Assembly (NCBI GenBank): GCA_035493495.1
Contig: DATJIG010000074.1
Location: 8,600-72,599, forward strand
Direction: 5' to 3'
Origin: Alphaproteobacteria bacterium
GTDB taxonomy: Bacteria > Pseudomonadota > Alphaproteobacteria > SMXQ01
Length of the DNA stretch: 64,000 bases
Shown here: piece by piece, positions 35,196-44,639 of the stretch
Position numbering within the stretch: position 1 is the first letter of the stretch
Layout of the letters: the number at the start of each line of letters is the position of its first letter
Translations under genes and position numbers: made by a program
The notes under the pieces: generated by a model
Seen by the model: only the letters and a program-made list of their open reading frames with translations
Told to the model about the DNA's origin: nothing
Databases searched by the model: none

Positions 35196-35493
35196 TAAAT
35201 CGTGACTTGCGCGCGCACGGCGACACGCACGGTATCCGCGAACAGCGGAGAATCCGCCGTCTCGGCCGCGCGAATCGCGACCCGTCGCGGGAATGCTGAC
35301 AAAGAAGTGATCGCATGCGGTAATTGATGACCGCGCGCAATCTCATCGCATGAGATGGGAGTGGCCGCCGACAGAAGGCGAGCAAGAAAAAGCGAAGCCG
35401 GTTGGCGCGCGACTCGCGATCCGGCATGTAGGATCACAATTCGCGCGACGCCATTTGTTGCCGCCCTGTCTTATTGAGGCCGGGCGCTTTCTC

Positions 35494-36417
35494 CTATTCG
35501 CGTTGTGCGGCGGCGGCGCCGCGGTCCGACGCGCATCCCGCCTGCGGCGCGACAGCCGTGGCGTTCGGATCGTTGGAATAGGCACGGATGTAATCGATCT
35601 TCATCTCGGCGCTGAAATTCGTCGCGGGCGGATTGCCTGCCCACGATCCCCCGACTCCCAGGGTCGCCAGGAGGTACATCGGCTGATGCTCGTCGGCCTG
35701 GGTCGGCGTCGTGTATCGGACGATCCCGTCCAGGTAAAACGTCATCGTTGTCGGGGTCCACATCAGGCCATAGGTGTGGAAGTCCTGGCTCAGATCGACT
35801 CCCGCGGTCGCCGTCGTTCGATGGGCGGATTTGGGGGAAGATGAGTGATTCGTGATGACGTCGGTCCTCGGATCGCGGCCAAGCACCTCGGCGACGTCGA
35901 TCTCAGGTGGCCACGCACCCGAGTGGGGCAGCAACCAGAATGCGCTGTTCGTTCCGTGGGTGCCGGAGACCTGAGCCCGTATCTCGAAGTACCCGTATGT
36001 CTGGGAAAAGGAATTGCGGGTATCGATTTGGCCGGTGGTGAAGGGGGTCGGCACTCCGGCGGCCTTCAGCTCCGGCGACGTGGAACTGGCGCGGATGGTG
36101 AGTACCCCTTGCGCAACGCTGTACGGCGACTGGCCGACTCGCCCGACGCTCTCATCGAGGTAGTAGTCGCTGGCCCCCGAGAGCTGGCGGCCTCCCCAGA
36201 AATATTTGGTTTCCCATGTCGTGCCGACCCCGTCGGGCGACGCGCTAAATCGATTGAATTCCTCGTCGAACGTGAGCTTGTAGCCCGTGAGATCCAGCTC
36301 GTCGCGTCCGTTTGCGTGACGAAGCGCAGCCGCGGTGCAAAGCAAGGCTAGCGACGCGATGGCGGCCAACATGTACCGCCTGCCGAATACGCGCCCCTGT
36401 GCGAACGATCGAGACAT
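35494..36417 (-). CDS. Glycoside hydrolase family 16 glycanase (catalytic domain only), paralog of 33468..35195
   Basis: Start at the internal Met (36417) gives a signal-like N-terminus with RR (FGRRYMLAAIASLALLCTAAA). PPEIDVAE catalytic motif. High nucleotide similarity to the neighbouring GH16 gene. Confidence 0.85.
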   Translation of the reverse strand: MSRSFAQGRVFGRRYMLAAIASLALLCTAAALRHANGRDELDLTGYKLTFDEEFNRFSASPDGVGTTWETKYFWGGRQLSGASDYYLDESVGRVGQSPYSVAQGVLTIRASSTSPELKAAGVPTPFTTGQIDTRNSFSQTYGYFEIRAQVSGTHGTNSAFWLLPHSGAWPPEIDVAEVLGRDPRTDVITNHSSSPKSAHRTTATAGVDLSQDFHTYGLMWTPTTMTFYLDGIVRYTTPTQADEHQPMYLLATLGVGGSWAGNPPATNFSAEMKIDYIRAYSNDPNATAVAPQAGCASDRGAAAAQRE

Positions 36418-36816
36418 GCGGGCCCCCTGAGTCTCCCAAGACGTCCGGTCCGGCGTCGGCAACGCGCTAAGCCTTATACGCGCCGTCGTGACGGGCCTGT
36501 TCCAAAAGGTGGACACGGTTGGGCCCGAAAGAACACCTGCCTACTCCAGTGAAACTCGGCGCCCTGGCGGGAAGTGTGGAGTCACCACGCCGACACCTGA
36601 GCGAATGCGTCTGTTCCTGGACTGAGCGCGTGCGCGGAACGGGGGACGCAATGGCACTACGGTCGACGTACGCAAGGAGCAAAGCGCGGACACGCCTGTT
36701 CTAAAGAGCAGGCAATTGCCCATTCAAGGGATGAACGGGCGACGCGTCCGGCGCGCATGTAAGGGAACGCGGAGGCAGGTGATCAGTTAAGTCGCTCGTT
36801 TTGAGCGCGCTATTTC

Positions 36817-37692
36817 ATGAATAGCGATGGGGAGTTTATGGACTGCTGTGATACGCCGAATCGCTCTACGCGTAGAGGGAACGTCGACGGTACCGGCATC
36901 CGTGAGAACCCGGTCTCCGACGCCGTCATCCGCATTCTCGGCCTGCCGCTCACCCCCGCCCATTCCCTGCGATACGCCGAAACGTTGGTGGAGCCGCGCC
37001 TCAGGAGGCGGCCTCGCACACCATTCCTGGTGTCCTTCGCCAATCCCCTCGCGGTCAAACTTATCCAAAGCGATCGGACGTATCGCTCGAACCTGGAGCG
37101 CATGGACCTCGTGTTCTGCGACGGGATCGCCCTGACGTGGGCCGCCCGCTGGATCGGGCGGTATCCAATGGCGAGGATCAGCTTCGACAGTACGAGTATC
37201 GGACCGGCGGTGTTTGAAGTTGCGCAACGGAACGACCGCACGATTGCGCTTGTCGGAGGCCGACCGGGTGTTGCCGCAGCGGCGGCTGATCGAATCCGCA
37301 ATCACTTCCCTCAGCTACGCATCGTTGCCGCCATCGACGGATATCGATCTGCCGATCAGATCGTGTCCGCGGTTATCGGCGTGGATCCGGATATCGTCGT
37401 TTGCGGGATGGGAGCCCCAAGGCAAGAGGCACTCCTGACATCGCTCTCCGACGCAGGCTGGCATGGCACCGGATTCACATGCGGCGGCTATCTCGACCAA
37501 CTCGTAACTTGCTTCGATTTCTATCCCGTCCTCATCAATCGTCTCGACCTTCGGTGGCTTTATCGCATCGGACGTGAGCCGCGACGTTTGGGATACCGCT
37601 ACATCGTCGAGTACGCGCCATTCCTGCGGTCTCTCGCGCTAGAGCTTGTGCATGTCTATGGCAGCTCACATTGGCGGAGCAGGCGATCATGA
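36817..37692 (+). CDS. WecB/TagA/CpsF-family glycosyltransferase
   Basis: 291 aa. FANPLAVKL...MDLVFCDGIALTWAAR...IALVGGRPGVAAAAADRI...VCGMGAPRQEALL...RAP-like C-terminal REPRRLGYRY, typical of this family. Confidence 0.8.
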   Translation: MNSDGEFMDCCDTPNRSTRRGNVDGTGIRENPVSDAVIRILGLPLTPAHSLRYAETLVEPRLRRRPRTPFLVSFANPLAVKLIQSDRTYRSNLERMDLVFCDGIALTWAARWIGRYPMARISFDSTSIGPAVFEVAQRNDRTIALVGGRPGVAAAAADRIRNHFPQLRIVAAIDGYRSADQIVSAVIGVDPDIVVCGMGAPRQEALLTSLSDAGWHGTGFTCGGYLDQLVTCFDFYPVLINRLDLRWLYRIGREPRRLGYRYIVEYAPFLRSLALELVHVYGSSHWRSRRS

Positions 37693-39902
37693 ATCCACAC
37701 ATGCCGACAATGCAGACAACCGAACCGGTGCTGCCCGACTACGAATCGGACTATCTCGGCACCGTCCGGCAGGCGTTCAAGCGCCACCGTTTCGCTGCGT
37801 TTCTGGTATTTGCGGTATTCGTCATCACGGCGGTCACGGTGTTGGCGCTCATCACGCCCCAGTACAGGGCCACCGCCATCGTCATGATCGAAGGGCAGGC
37901 GCCGCAGGTCGTGAAGATGGATACGGTCATGCCGTCGTTGCCGACGGACCCCGACACGGTCTCGAGCGAAATCCAGGTCCTCCAGTCGCGCGATCTCGTG
38001 AGCGAGGTGGCTCGTGATCTCAAGGTCGCGGAGAACCCCGAATTCAACCCGAACAGGGCAGGGTGGAAGCGGCGCGTGGCGATTCGACTCCTGTCGTTGA
38101 CGGATGCGCTGCTGCCGGAGGACCTGGCTTTCCGGATCCGCAACGCGATCCAGCCGCCCGTCTTGTCGGACGAAGCGTACAGGAACGGCGTTCTCGACCT
38201 CGTCGACCAGAATCTTCATATCGCGTCGGTCGGACGCTCGCGCGCCATCAGCATCACCTTTACCTCGAGGCGGCCCGATCTGGCGGCGGGATTCGCGAAC
38301 GCATTGGCGCAGCGTTACCTCGACAACCAGGAGTTGCTTAAGCAAACCACGACCGAGGATGCCAATCGTCGTATCACCGACAAGTTGGCGAGCCTGGAAC
38401 AGGCGGCCGCACAATCTGCCGGGCAGGCCGCCGCCTTCCGCGCCAACTCGAGCCTCACGCAGGGCCGTGACAGCGTTCTGGTGCGTCAGCAAATGTCGGA
38501 GACCAGTTCCGCGCTCACGGCGGCGATAGCCGATCGCATTTCGGCTGAGGCGCGGCTCCACGAGGTCGAGCGCGCGGCCAGGGACCCGAACAAGCGGTCG
38601 AGCGCGCAGGTGCTCGGGTCGCGGGTCATCCAGGAACTGCTCATCCTCGAGGCGAAACTGGCTGGCGAAATCACACCGCTCATTCAACAACTCGGCGAGG
38701 AAAATCCGCGTCTCGGAGCGGCGCGGGCGCAGATGCGCGACATCAAGGGCCGGATCGATGCCGAGGCGAAGAACATCGCGGCCAGCGTGCGGGGCGAATA
38801 CGACACCGCGCTCGACCGGGAAAAGAGCTTGCGGGGACAGCTCGACGACCTCAAGGCGGTGATGGCGAAAGTCCAGCAGGACGAAGTGCAACTCGGACAG
38901 CTCGAGCAGAACGCGCAGGCCGCCAGGAACGTCTACGACGTGTTCCTGCAGCGGAGCAAGGAGACTGCCGCCGGCGGCTCCGTGCAGGTCGCTGATGCGC
39001 GCGTCATCTCGCACGCATCAAATCCGCTGCGGCCGTATTTCCCGGCTTACGCCATCGCTATCCCGGTGATCGTTGGGTTCGCCGGTGCCCTGTCGTTGCT
39101 GACCACGCTGCTACTGGAGGCACGCAATCGCGGAATACGAACCCAGTCCGAGGCTGGCCGCATCATGGCCATTCCGACGCTGGGAAGCATTCCCAAGATC
39201 GGAGGAGGTCATCGGGAGATCGATCCGTCGTCGATGATTGGGTCGGCGGTGTCGGATCTGTACATGAGGATCTTTCCGCGAGATTCCGCCAAGTGCGTGG
39301 TGGTGGCCTCCGCGCTGCCGCAGGAGGGGAAAACCACGATCGGACTGTGCCTCGCGCGAATGGCGGCACGGAGCGGCCAGAAGACGCTTCTGATCGACTG
39401 CGACCTCCGGCGCTCGGACCTGAGCGTCCGCCTCGAACTGGCGGAGGAGGCGGGAATCTCCGATGTCCTGCGAGGGAAGGCGGACAGCTCCGACGTCATC
39501 CTGCGGGACACAGTGGTTCCGGAACTGTCGATCATCACCTGCGGCACGGGGGCGGATAATCCGGCCGCGCTGCTCTCGTCGCGGGGAATGGCCGACATTC
39601 TGGTCGAGCTGAGACGGCAGTTCGATCTCGTCATTGTCGACACCGCCCCGGTTATGGTGGCGCCCGAGACGATGTCTCTCGCACTGGCTGCCGATGAGAC
39701 CTTGCTCTTCGTCAAATGGTCTTCGACGCCGCGCGCCACCGCGGTTGCCGCCTACCGGAAGCTGCGGAGCCTTGGCGCCAAGGTCACAGGCGTCGTGCTC
39801 ACCATGGTGGATGTGAAGCGCATCTCCAAATACAGCTCCGTCGACGCCATCCCGTATTCCAGGCACGTCTCGCGCTATTACTCCCGGGAGGGGCGGCCGT
39901 GA
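37689..39902 (+). CDS. Polysaccharide co-polymerase (Wzz/GumC domain) fused to BY-type tyrosine autokinase (ExoP-like)
   Basis: ATG at 37689 overlaps the upstream stop (ATGA). N-terminal TM segment, long coiled periplasmic domain, second TM segment. Walker A SALPQEGKTT, A' LLIDCDLRR, B DLVIVDTAP. Tyr-rich tail KYSSVDAIPYSRHVSRYYS. Confidence 0.85.
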   Translation: MNPHMPTMQTTEPVLPDYESDYLGTVRQAFKRHRFAAFLVFAVFVITAVTVLALITPQYRATAIVMIEGQAPQVVKMDTVMPSLPTDPDTVSSEIQVLQSRDLVSEVARDLKVAENPEFNPNRAGWKRRVAIRLLSLTDALLPEDLAFRIRNAIQPPVLSDEAYRNGVLDLVDQNLHIASVGRSRAISITFTSRRPDLAAGFANALAQRYLDNQELLKQTTTEDANRRITDKLASLEQAAAQSAGQAAAFRANSSLTQGRDSVLVRQQMSETSSALTAAIADRISAEARLHEVERAARDPNKRSSAQVLGSRVIQELLILEAKLAGEITPLIQQLGEENPRLGAARAQMRDIKGRIDAEAKNIAASVRGEYDTALDREKSLRGQLDDLKAVMAKVQQDEVQLGQLEQNAQAARNVYDVFLQRSKETAAGGSVQVADARVISHASNPLRPYFPAYAIAIPVIVGFAGALSLLTTLLLEARNRGIRTQSEAGRIMAIPTLGSIPKIGGGHREIDPSSMIGSAVSDLYMRIFPRDSAKCVVVASALPQEGKTTIGLCLARMAARSGQKTLLIDCDLRRSDLSVRLELAEEAGISDVLRGKADSSDVILRDTVVPELSIITCGTGADNPAALLSSRGMADILVELRRQFDLVIVDTAPVMVAPETMSLALAADETLLFVKWSSTPRATAVAAYRKLRSLGAKVTGVVLTMVDVKRISKYSSVDAIPYSRHVSRYYSREGRP

Positions 39903-41374
39903 TCTCGGCGAGCACTGTCCGGCATCCCGTCCTCACGTTCCTGGCGTGGCAGGCAGCTGGTCTGGCCTTGCTCTTTTCCCATATCGGGCTTGCCGCCGTA
40001 CTCGGCAGCGCCGTTCCGTCCTACTGCCTCTCGATCCCGCTGGCCGCTCTGATCTACATTGCCGACCCCTTGGCCGGCTTCGCGGTGTGGCTGCAATTTC
40101 TGCTCTACCAGAACCTTGCCGTCAGCATCTTTTCGGGACAACTCGACGCCGCCGTGTACCAGCAATTGCTCGGCAGCAGCTTCGCGCTGACGTTCGCCAT
40201 GGCGGCCGCGGCCGCATGGCGTCTGTGGGGCGCGGAGGAGAGCAGGAGGACGCTTGTCGTGGTTCTGGCGGCACTGGCGACGGTGATCGCGTACACGGCG
40301 TTCGGCGCGGCGCAATCGTCGTTCGGTTCCGCCGCTGTCTATTTCCGCAGCACCAGCGTGGCCATCCTGTGCCTGCTCATCGGGTGGGATGTCGGTCGCG
40401 AGCACAGCTATCGCGAAATCGGCGTGTGCTATCTGACGTCGATGGCTCTGGGCGTCGCCCTTACGCTTTGGGAAGCGACCGCGCCGCTGAGCTATTACAA
40501 CTGGGTCGACGCAGCGGATTACTACCGTCTCAAGTACACGCCGCCGACGGGGCGCCCGGATATGGACTTCCGCACCGCGGAGGACGTCGTCGCGTTCGTC
40601 ACGAACGTGTTTTTCAATTTCAGCGATTTCGGGCTCGCGAGTATTCGCTTCGGCGGACCGAACATGCACTCGATCAGCTATGCGTACCTGATGACGATCG
40701 GTGCCCTCGTCGCGGCCTCGCTGGGAATCTTCTGGTACGCCGTCATGCTGCTGCCACTGCTCTTTTTGATCGGCGTGAAGGGAGCCGTCGTCGTGCTCGG
40801 CGCCACGGTGTTCATTTGGATTGTCGGCCGGTTGTTCGGCGGACGGGTCCTCGCCGTCTTTGGAGCTGTCGCCGGCGTCGGCTACATCGTGTCGGTGATC
40901 TCCTACGGTCTGGCCGCCGGCGACTATCACGTCATCGGGCTGATGGGCGGCATTGACGGGTTCCTGCGCGATCCCCTTGGACACGGCATCGGCGTCGGCG
41001 GAAACCTCTCGTCGAGCGTAACCGCCGCGGACCTCTCGACCAGCTGGCCCGAATTTCAACGGTACGGAGCCGATCAAGCGCTGGAGAGCGCGATCGGCGT
41101 GCTGCTGTACCAGATGGGGATCGGCGCCGGCGTCGTTCTCTATGCCCTGTGGATTCCGTTCCGGGCGACCATTGCCGAGTTTCGCCGTCCGGCGGGACTC
41201 ATCCCGATCGCACTCGCGGTCTGTTTTGCGAATGGCTTCTTCCAGGAAGAAGCCTTCTCGCCCTACGCACTTGCGCTGCTCACGGTGCTTGCGGGCGTGT
41301 TGTCGAACGCCGTCGGCACGGTGGCTGCGACGGCTATACACGTGGAGGAGCATCGGTACGCGATGAGTGGCTAA
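39899..41374 (+). CDS. Multi-pass membrane protein, putative polysaccharide polymerase (Wzy / O-antigen-ligase-like)
   Basis: GTG at 39899 overlaps the upstream stop (GTGA). About 491 aa with 10 or more hydrophobic segments. Sits between the co-polymerase and the initiating transferase. No strong sequence motif. Confidence 0.5.
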   Translation: MISASTVRHPVLTFLAWQAAGLALLFSHIGLAAVLGSAVPSYCLSIPLAALIYIADPLAGFAVWLQFLLYQNLAVSIFSGQLDAAVYQQLLGSSFALTFAMAAAAAWRLWGAEESRRTLVVVLAALATVIAYTAFGAAQSSFGSAAVYFRSTSVAILCLLIGWDVGREHSYREIGVCYLTSMALGVALTLWEATAPLSYYNWVDAADYYRLKYTPPTGRPDMDFRTAEDVVAFVTNVFFNFSDFGLASIRFGGPNMHSISYAYLMTIGALVAASLGIFWYAVMLLPLLFLIGVKGAVVVLGATVFIWIVGRLFGGRVLAVFGAVAGVGYIVSVISYGLAAGDYHVIGLMGGIDGFLRDPLGHGIGVGGNLSSSVTAADLSTSWPEFQRYGADQALESAIGVLLYQMGIGAGVVLYALWIPFRATIAEFRRPAGLIPIALAVCFANGFFQEEAFSPYALALLTVLAGVLSNAVGTVAATAIHVEEHRYAMSG

Positions 41375-41398
41375 CCTTATCTAGGGGTAGGCGCCAAA

Positions 41399-42439
41399 AT
41401 GGACGACATAATCCCGAAGTTGGCGAATTCCGGAATCCTGAGCTTGCTGCTCATTGCCGTAGCGAGCGCTCACGCCGGTAAGTTGCACCTCCTCGACCGA
41501 CCCGGAGGGCGAAAACAGCATATCGGTGCGGTGCCGACCGTCGGGGGGATCTGCATTTACTGCGCCTTTGTGCTGGGACTCAGTCTCGATCCGCATCTGC
41601 TAGCTCCCAATATGCTCCTCGTCGTGACGATGGGACTTCTCGCCGTGCTCGGTGCGGTCGACGATGTCATCGATATCGATCCGGCGAAGAAGCTTCTGTT
41701 CGAGACGATCCTCGCCGGGACGCTCATCGCCGTCACCGGAGTCTCGATCACGGATATAGGCGGGATTCTTCGTGTCGATGATCTGATCGGAGCGGCACTC
41801 GCGACCCTTATGGTCGTGTGCATCATCAACGCCGTGAACCATGCGGATGGCGTCGATGGCTTGGCGGGTTGGCTCATCGTCGTCGCGTTGAGCTGGCTCG
41901 TCATCGGTGCCGCCCTCGTGGGCGATCACGATCTGGGCGGATTGGTGATCCGGCTGGGCGTGCCGGTGCTTGCCTTCCTTGTCTTCAACTCGCGCACGCC
42001 CTGGCGTCACAAGGCCGCGGTCTTCATGGGCGATGCCGGAACGTTGATGCTCGGTTATGCCATTGCCTGGCTCTGCTTCGACCTGTCGCGTGACGGCATT
42101 TCGGTGATCGGATCCAGTCTGGTCGTTGCCGTGCCGGTGAGCGACACCATCGGTCTTTTCTTCCGTCGACTACTGTCCGGACGAAATCCACTTCCCGGCG
42201 CCCGGGACCATATCCACCACCTCCTCGAAGAGGCAGGTCTGGCTCCCGGCACAATTTCGTTCGTGCTTGCCGCAATCTCAGCGTTCATCGGCGGCATCGG
42301 GATTCTCGGCGCTTACGCAGGCGTGCCGCCTCAGGTCTTCTTGCTGGTCTGGATATTGGTGTTCGCCTGCGACTGGGCGGTGGTTCTCTGGCTCGGCCGC
42401 CGCGTCTCCCGTCTTCACCTGCAGATGGCGCTCAAATGA
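41399..42439 (+). CDS. Glycosyltransferase family 4 polyprenyl-phosphate sugar-1-phosphate transferase (WecA/MraY-like initiating enzyme)
   Basis: DRPGGRKQH, VLGAVDDVIDI, NAVNHADGVDGLAG and VFMGDAGTLMLGY are hallmark MraY/WecA motifs. Confidence 0.85.
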   Translation: MDDIIPKLANSGILSLLLIAVASAHAGKLHLLDRPGGRKQHIGAVPTVGGICIYCAFVLGLSLDPHLLAPNMLLVVTMGLLAVLGAVDDVIDIDPAKKLLFETILAGTLIAVTGVSITDIGGILRVDDLIGAALATLMVVCIINAVNHADGVDGLAGWLIVVALSWLVIGAALVGDHDLGGLVIRLGVPVLAFLVFNSRTPWRHKAAVFMGDAGTLMLGYAIAWLCFDLSRDGISVIGSSLVVAVPVSDTIGLFFRRLLSGRNPLPGARDHIHHLLEEAGLAPGTISFVLAAISAFIGGIGILGAYAGVPPQVFLLVWILVFACDWAVVLWLGRRVSRLHLQMALK

Positions 42440-43887
42440 GGCGCGCATCCACGGTCAGCGGGCTGTTCTGGTCCGTCCTCGATATGGGCGGAGGTCAGGT
42501 GCTGTCGTTTGCGACATTCCTGGTCCTCGCCCGCATTCTGTCGCCGGAGGAATACGGTGCGTTCGCGCTGGCCTCGACCTTTGTGAGTCTGGCTTTCTTC
42601 CTGCTCCAAGGTCTGGCTCCTGCCGTCGTTCAGCGCGCGTCGATTGATGAGGAACACATATCGACCGCCTTCTGGACGAACCTCGCGATCGGGGCGGGTC
42701 TCGCGGCCATTATGGCCGGGTCCGCCGACGCGTTGGCGGCATTCTTTCGAAATCCGCCACTCGCCGTAGCGCTTAAGTGGATGGCGCTGGTCTGTCTGCC
42801 GATGGCCCTGGTCAGCGTTCCGATGGCGCTCTTCAGGCGCGAACTGGATATGTCGGCGTTCGCGGCCCGGACCGTGATCGGCTATCTGGTCGGCGCGGCC
42901 GTCTCGATCCCGATGGCGCTGCGGGGCTTCGGCGTCGTGGCGCTTGCGTTGGGGCAGGTCGCGCAATGGGTTGCAACCGTTCTTGTTTTCTACGCACTGA
43001 GCTCATGGCGCCCGAAATTCCGCTTTTCGTTCCCCGCCTTCGTCGAACTCGGGCGCTACTGCGTCCATTACAGCCTGGCAATGGCAACCGGGTTTGCGAC
43101 GTCCAAGGTGGACATGTGGATTCTCGGCGCGTTTCTCGATCCCCGGTCGCTCGGATTTTATGCCCTGGCACTAAGGCTTCTCAGTGCCCTCAGCTCGGCG
43201 ACCGTGCTCCCGGTCGACCTGCTTGTCGTATCTCTGTTGCGACCGCATCGCTCCGAGCACGCTCAATTCAACGCCGAATACCAGCGCATCGTTATCGGCG
43301 TCACATCGGCGTGGCTTCCCATCGTCGCCGGTGTGGGCGTCCTTGCGACGATTCTCGTTCCCACCGCGTTCGGCGCAAAGTGGGTGGACAGCGTTCCGGT
43401 CGTGCAGGCGATGTGTCTTTCGGCGTTCACGTTCAGCCTGACGGCCTTCACAGGAGAGGCGTTGTCCGCGTGGGGACGACCTGACCTGTTCTCCAAACTC
43501 GAACTCGTTCGGCTCGCCGTGACCACGGCGGCGTTCGCGGCGGCGGCGCCGCTGGGAACCGTCGCGGCGGGATTGGCCTGGTCGCTGCTCCCGCTCGCGA
43601 TCGTTCCCATTCATCTTGCCGTTCTTCAAAGGACCTCCGGCTTCGAGTCCAGGCGACTGGTGGTCGAGTGGGCAAAAGTCGCGGCGAGCGGTGCTTTCAT
43701 GGTGGCCACCCTGATGGCGATGCAGCAGCTCGACCTTTTCGGCCGGTGGCTTCCCGTCGTCGAGATCGCGGTGGGCGCCATGGCCTATCTCTTCCTGATC
43801 GGACGATTCATGCCGGGTTACATCGAGGGGCTGTTGAAGCGGGGCCTCGACTCGATGCCGATCTTCGCAACACAGGTGAAGCGATGA
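42436..43887 (+). CDS. Polysaccharide flippase (Wzx / PST family)
   Basis: ATG overlaps the upstream stop (ATGA). 483 aa, about 12-14 TM segments. The N-terminus VSGLFWSVLDMGGGQVLSFATFLVLARILSPEEYG is typical of PST-family flippases. Confidence 0.75.
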   Translation: MRRASTVSGLFWSVLDMGGGQVLSFATFLVLARILSPEEYGAFALASTFVSLAFFLLQGLAPAVVQRASIDEEHISTAFWTNLAIGAGLAAIMAGSADALAAFFRNPPLAVALKWMALVCLPMALVSVPMALFRRELDMSAFAARTVIGYLVGAAVSIPMALRGFGVVALALGQVAQWVATVLVFYALSSWRPKFRFSFPAFVELGRYCVHYSLAMATGFATSKVDMWILGAFLDPRSLGFYALALRLLSALSSATVLPVDLLVVSLLRPHRSEHAQFNAEYQRIVIGVTSAWLPIVAGVGVLATILVPTAFGAKWVDSVPVVQAMCLSAFTFSLTAFTGEALSAWGRPDLFSKLELVRLAVTTAAFAAAAPLGTVAAGLAWSLLPLAIVPIHLAVLQRTSGFESRRLVVEWAKVAASGAFMVATLMAMQQLDLFGRWLPVVEIAVGAMAYLFLIGRFMPGYIEGLLKRGLDSMPIFATQVKR

Positions 43888-44639
43888 GTGTGTCCGTCAT
43901 TCCCAAGATCCTTCACTACGTCTGGGTCGGCAGCGCACTGCCCGACAAGCAACGCGCGTTCATCGAGACATGGCGAAGGCACAACCCGGATTTCAAGATC
44001 GTTGCGTGGAATGAGGGAAGCATCGATTTTTCAGTTCCCGCCATCGCAAATGCATATCGTCGCAGGCGTTGGACGACGGTTGCCGACATCGTCCGCCTGT
44101 CAGCCGTCCTTCAGCATGGCGGAATCTATCTCGACACAGACATGGAGGCTCGCAAATCGTTTGCCCCGCTTTTGAAAGATCGCTGCTTCTTTGGCTTTCA
44201 AGCCGAATGGCATCCGACGGATTGGGTCAATAATGCCGTCTTCGGCGCCGCGCCGGACCATTGGTTCATCCGCCGGGCGTACGAGCGCATCATTGCCATC
44301 CGCTCGGTTCCTCTCGGCCTTGATCGACCGACAAAGTATGGACCGAAGCTGATCACAAAACTTCTGCGGGAAGAGGGGCTCTCCACCTATTCCCCCGAGG
44401 GCGTGCGGGTGAACGGCATCTTCATTCATCCGACGCCCGCGTTTTATCCGATCCCATGGGATCAGCCGGCCAACAGCGGAAACATCGGCCGGGAGAGCTA
44501 CGCGGTGCACCTGTGGGAGCGGTCGTGGCAGAAGGACATGCCACGACTGTTGATGTACGCAGCGAACACGAGAGCGCGGTTTAGCCGAAGGTTGACGTCA
44601 ACAATTCAGCGCACGAGGTTTCGTGCAGGGGGGACGTGA
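43884..44639 (+). CDS. Glycosyltransferase with DXD motif (Gly_transf_sug / OCH1-like capsular sugar transferase)
   Basis: ATG at 43884 overlaps the upstream stop (ATGA). IPKILHYVWVG...NPDFKIVAWNE...ADIVRLSAVLQHGGIYLDTDME is the family pattern. Confidence 0.75.
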   Translation: MSVSVIPKILHYVWVGSALPDKQRAFIETWRRHNPDFKIVAWNEGSIDFSVPAIANAYRRRRWTTVADIVRLSAVLQHGGIYLDTDMEARKSFAPLLKDRCFFGFQAEWHPTDWVNNAVFGAAPDHWFIRRAYERIIAIRSVPLGLDRPTKYGPKLITKLLREEGLSTYSPEGVRVNGIFIHPTPAFYPIPWDQPANSGNIGRESYAVHLWERSWQKDMPRLLMYAANTRARFSRRLTSTIQRTRFRAGGT

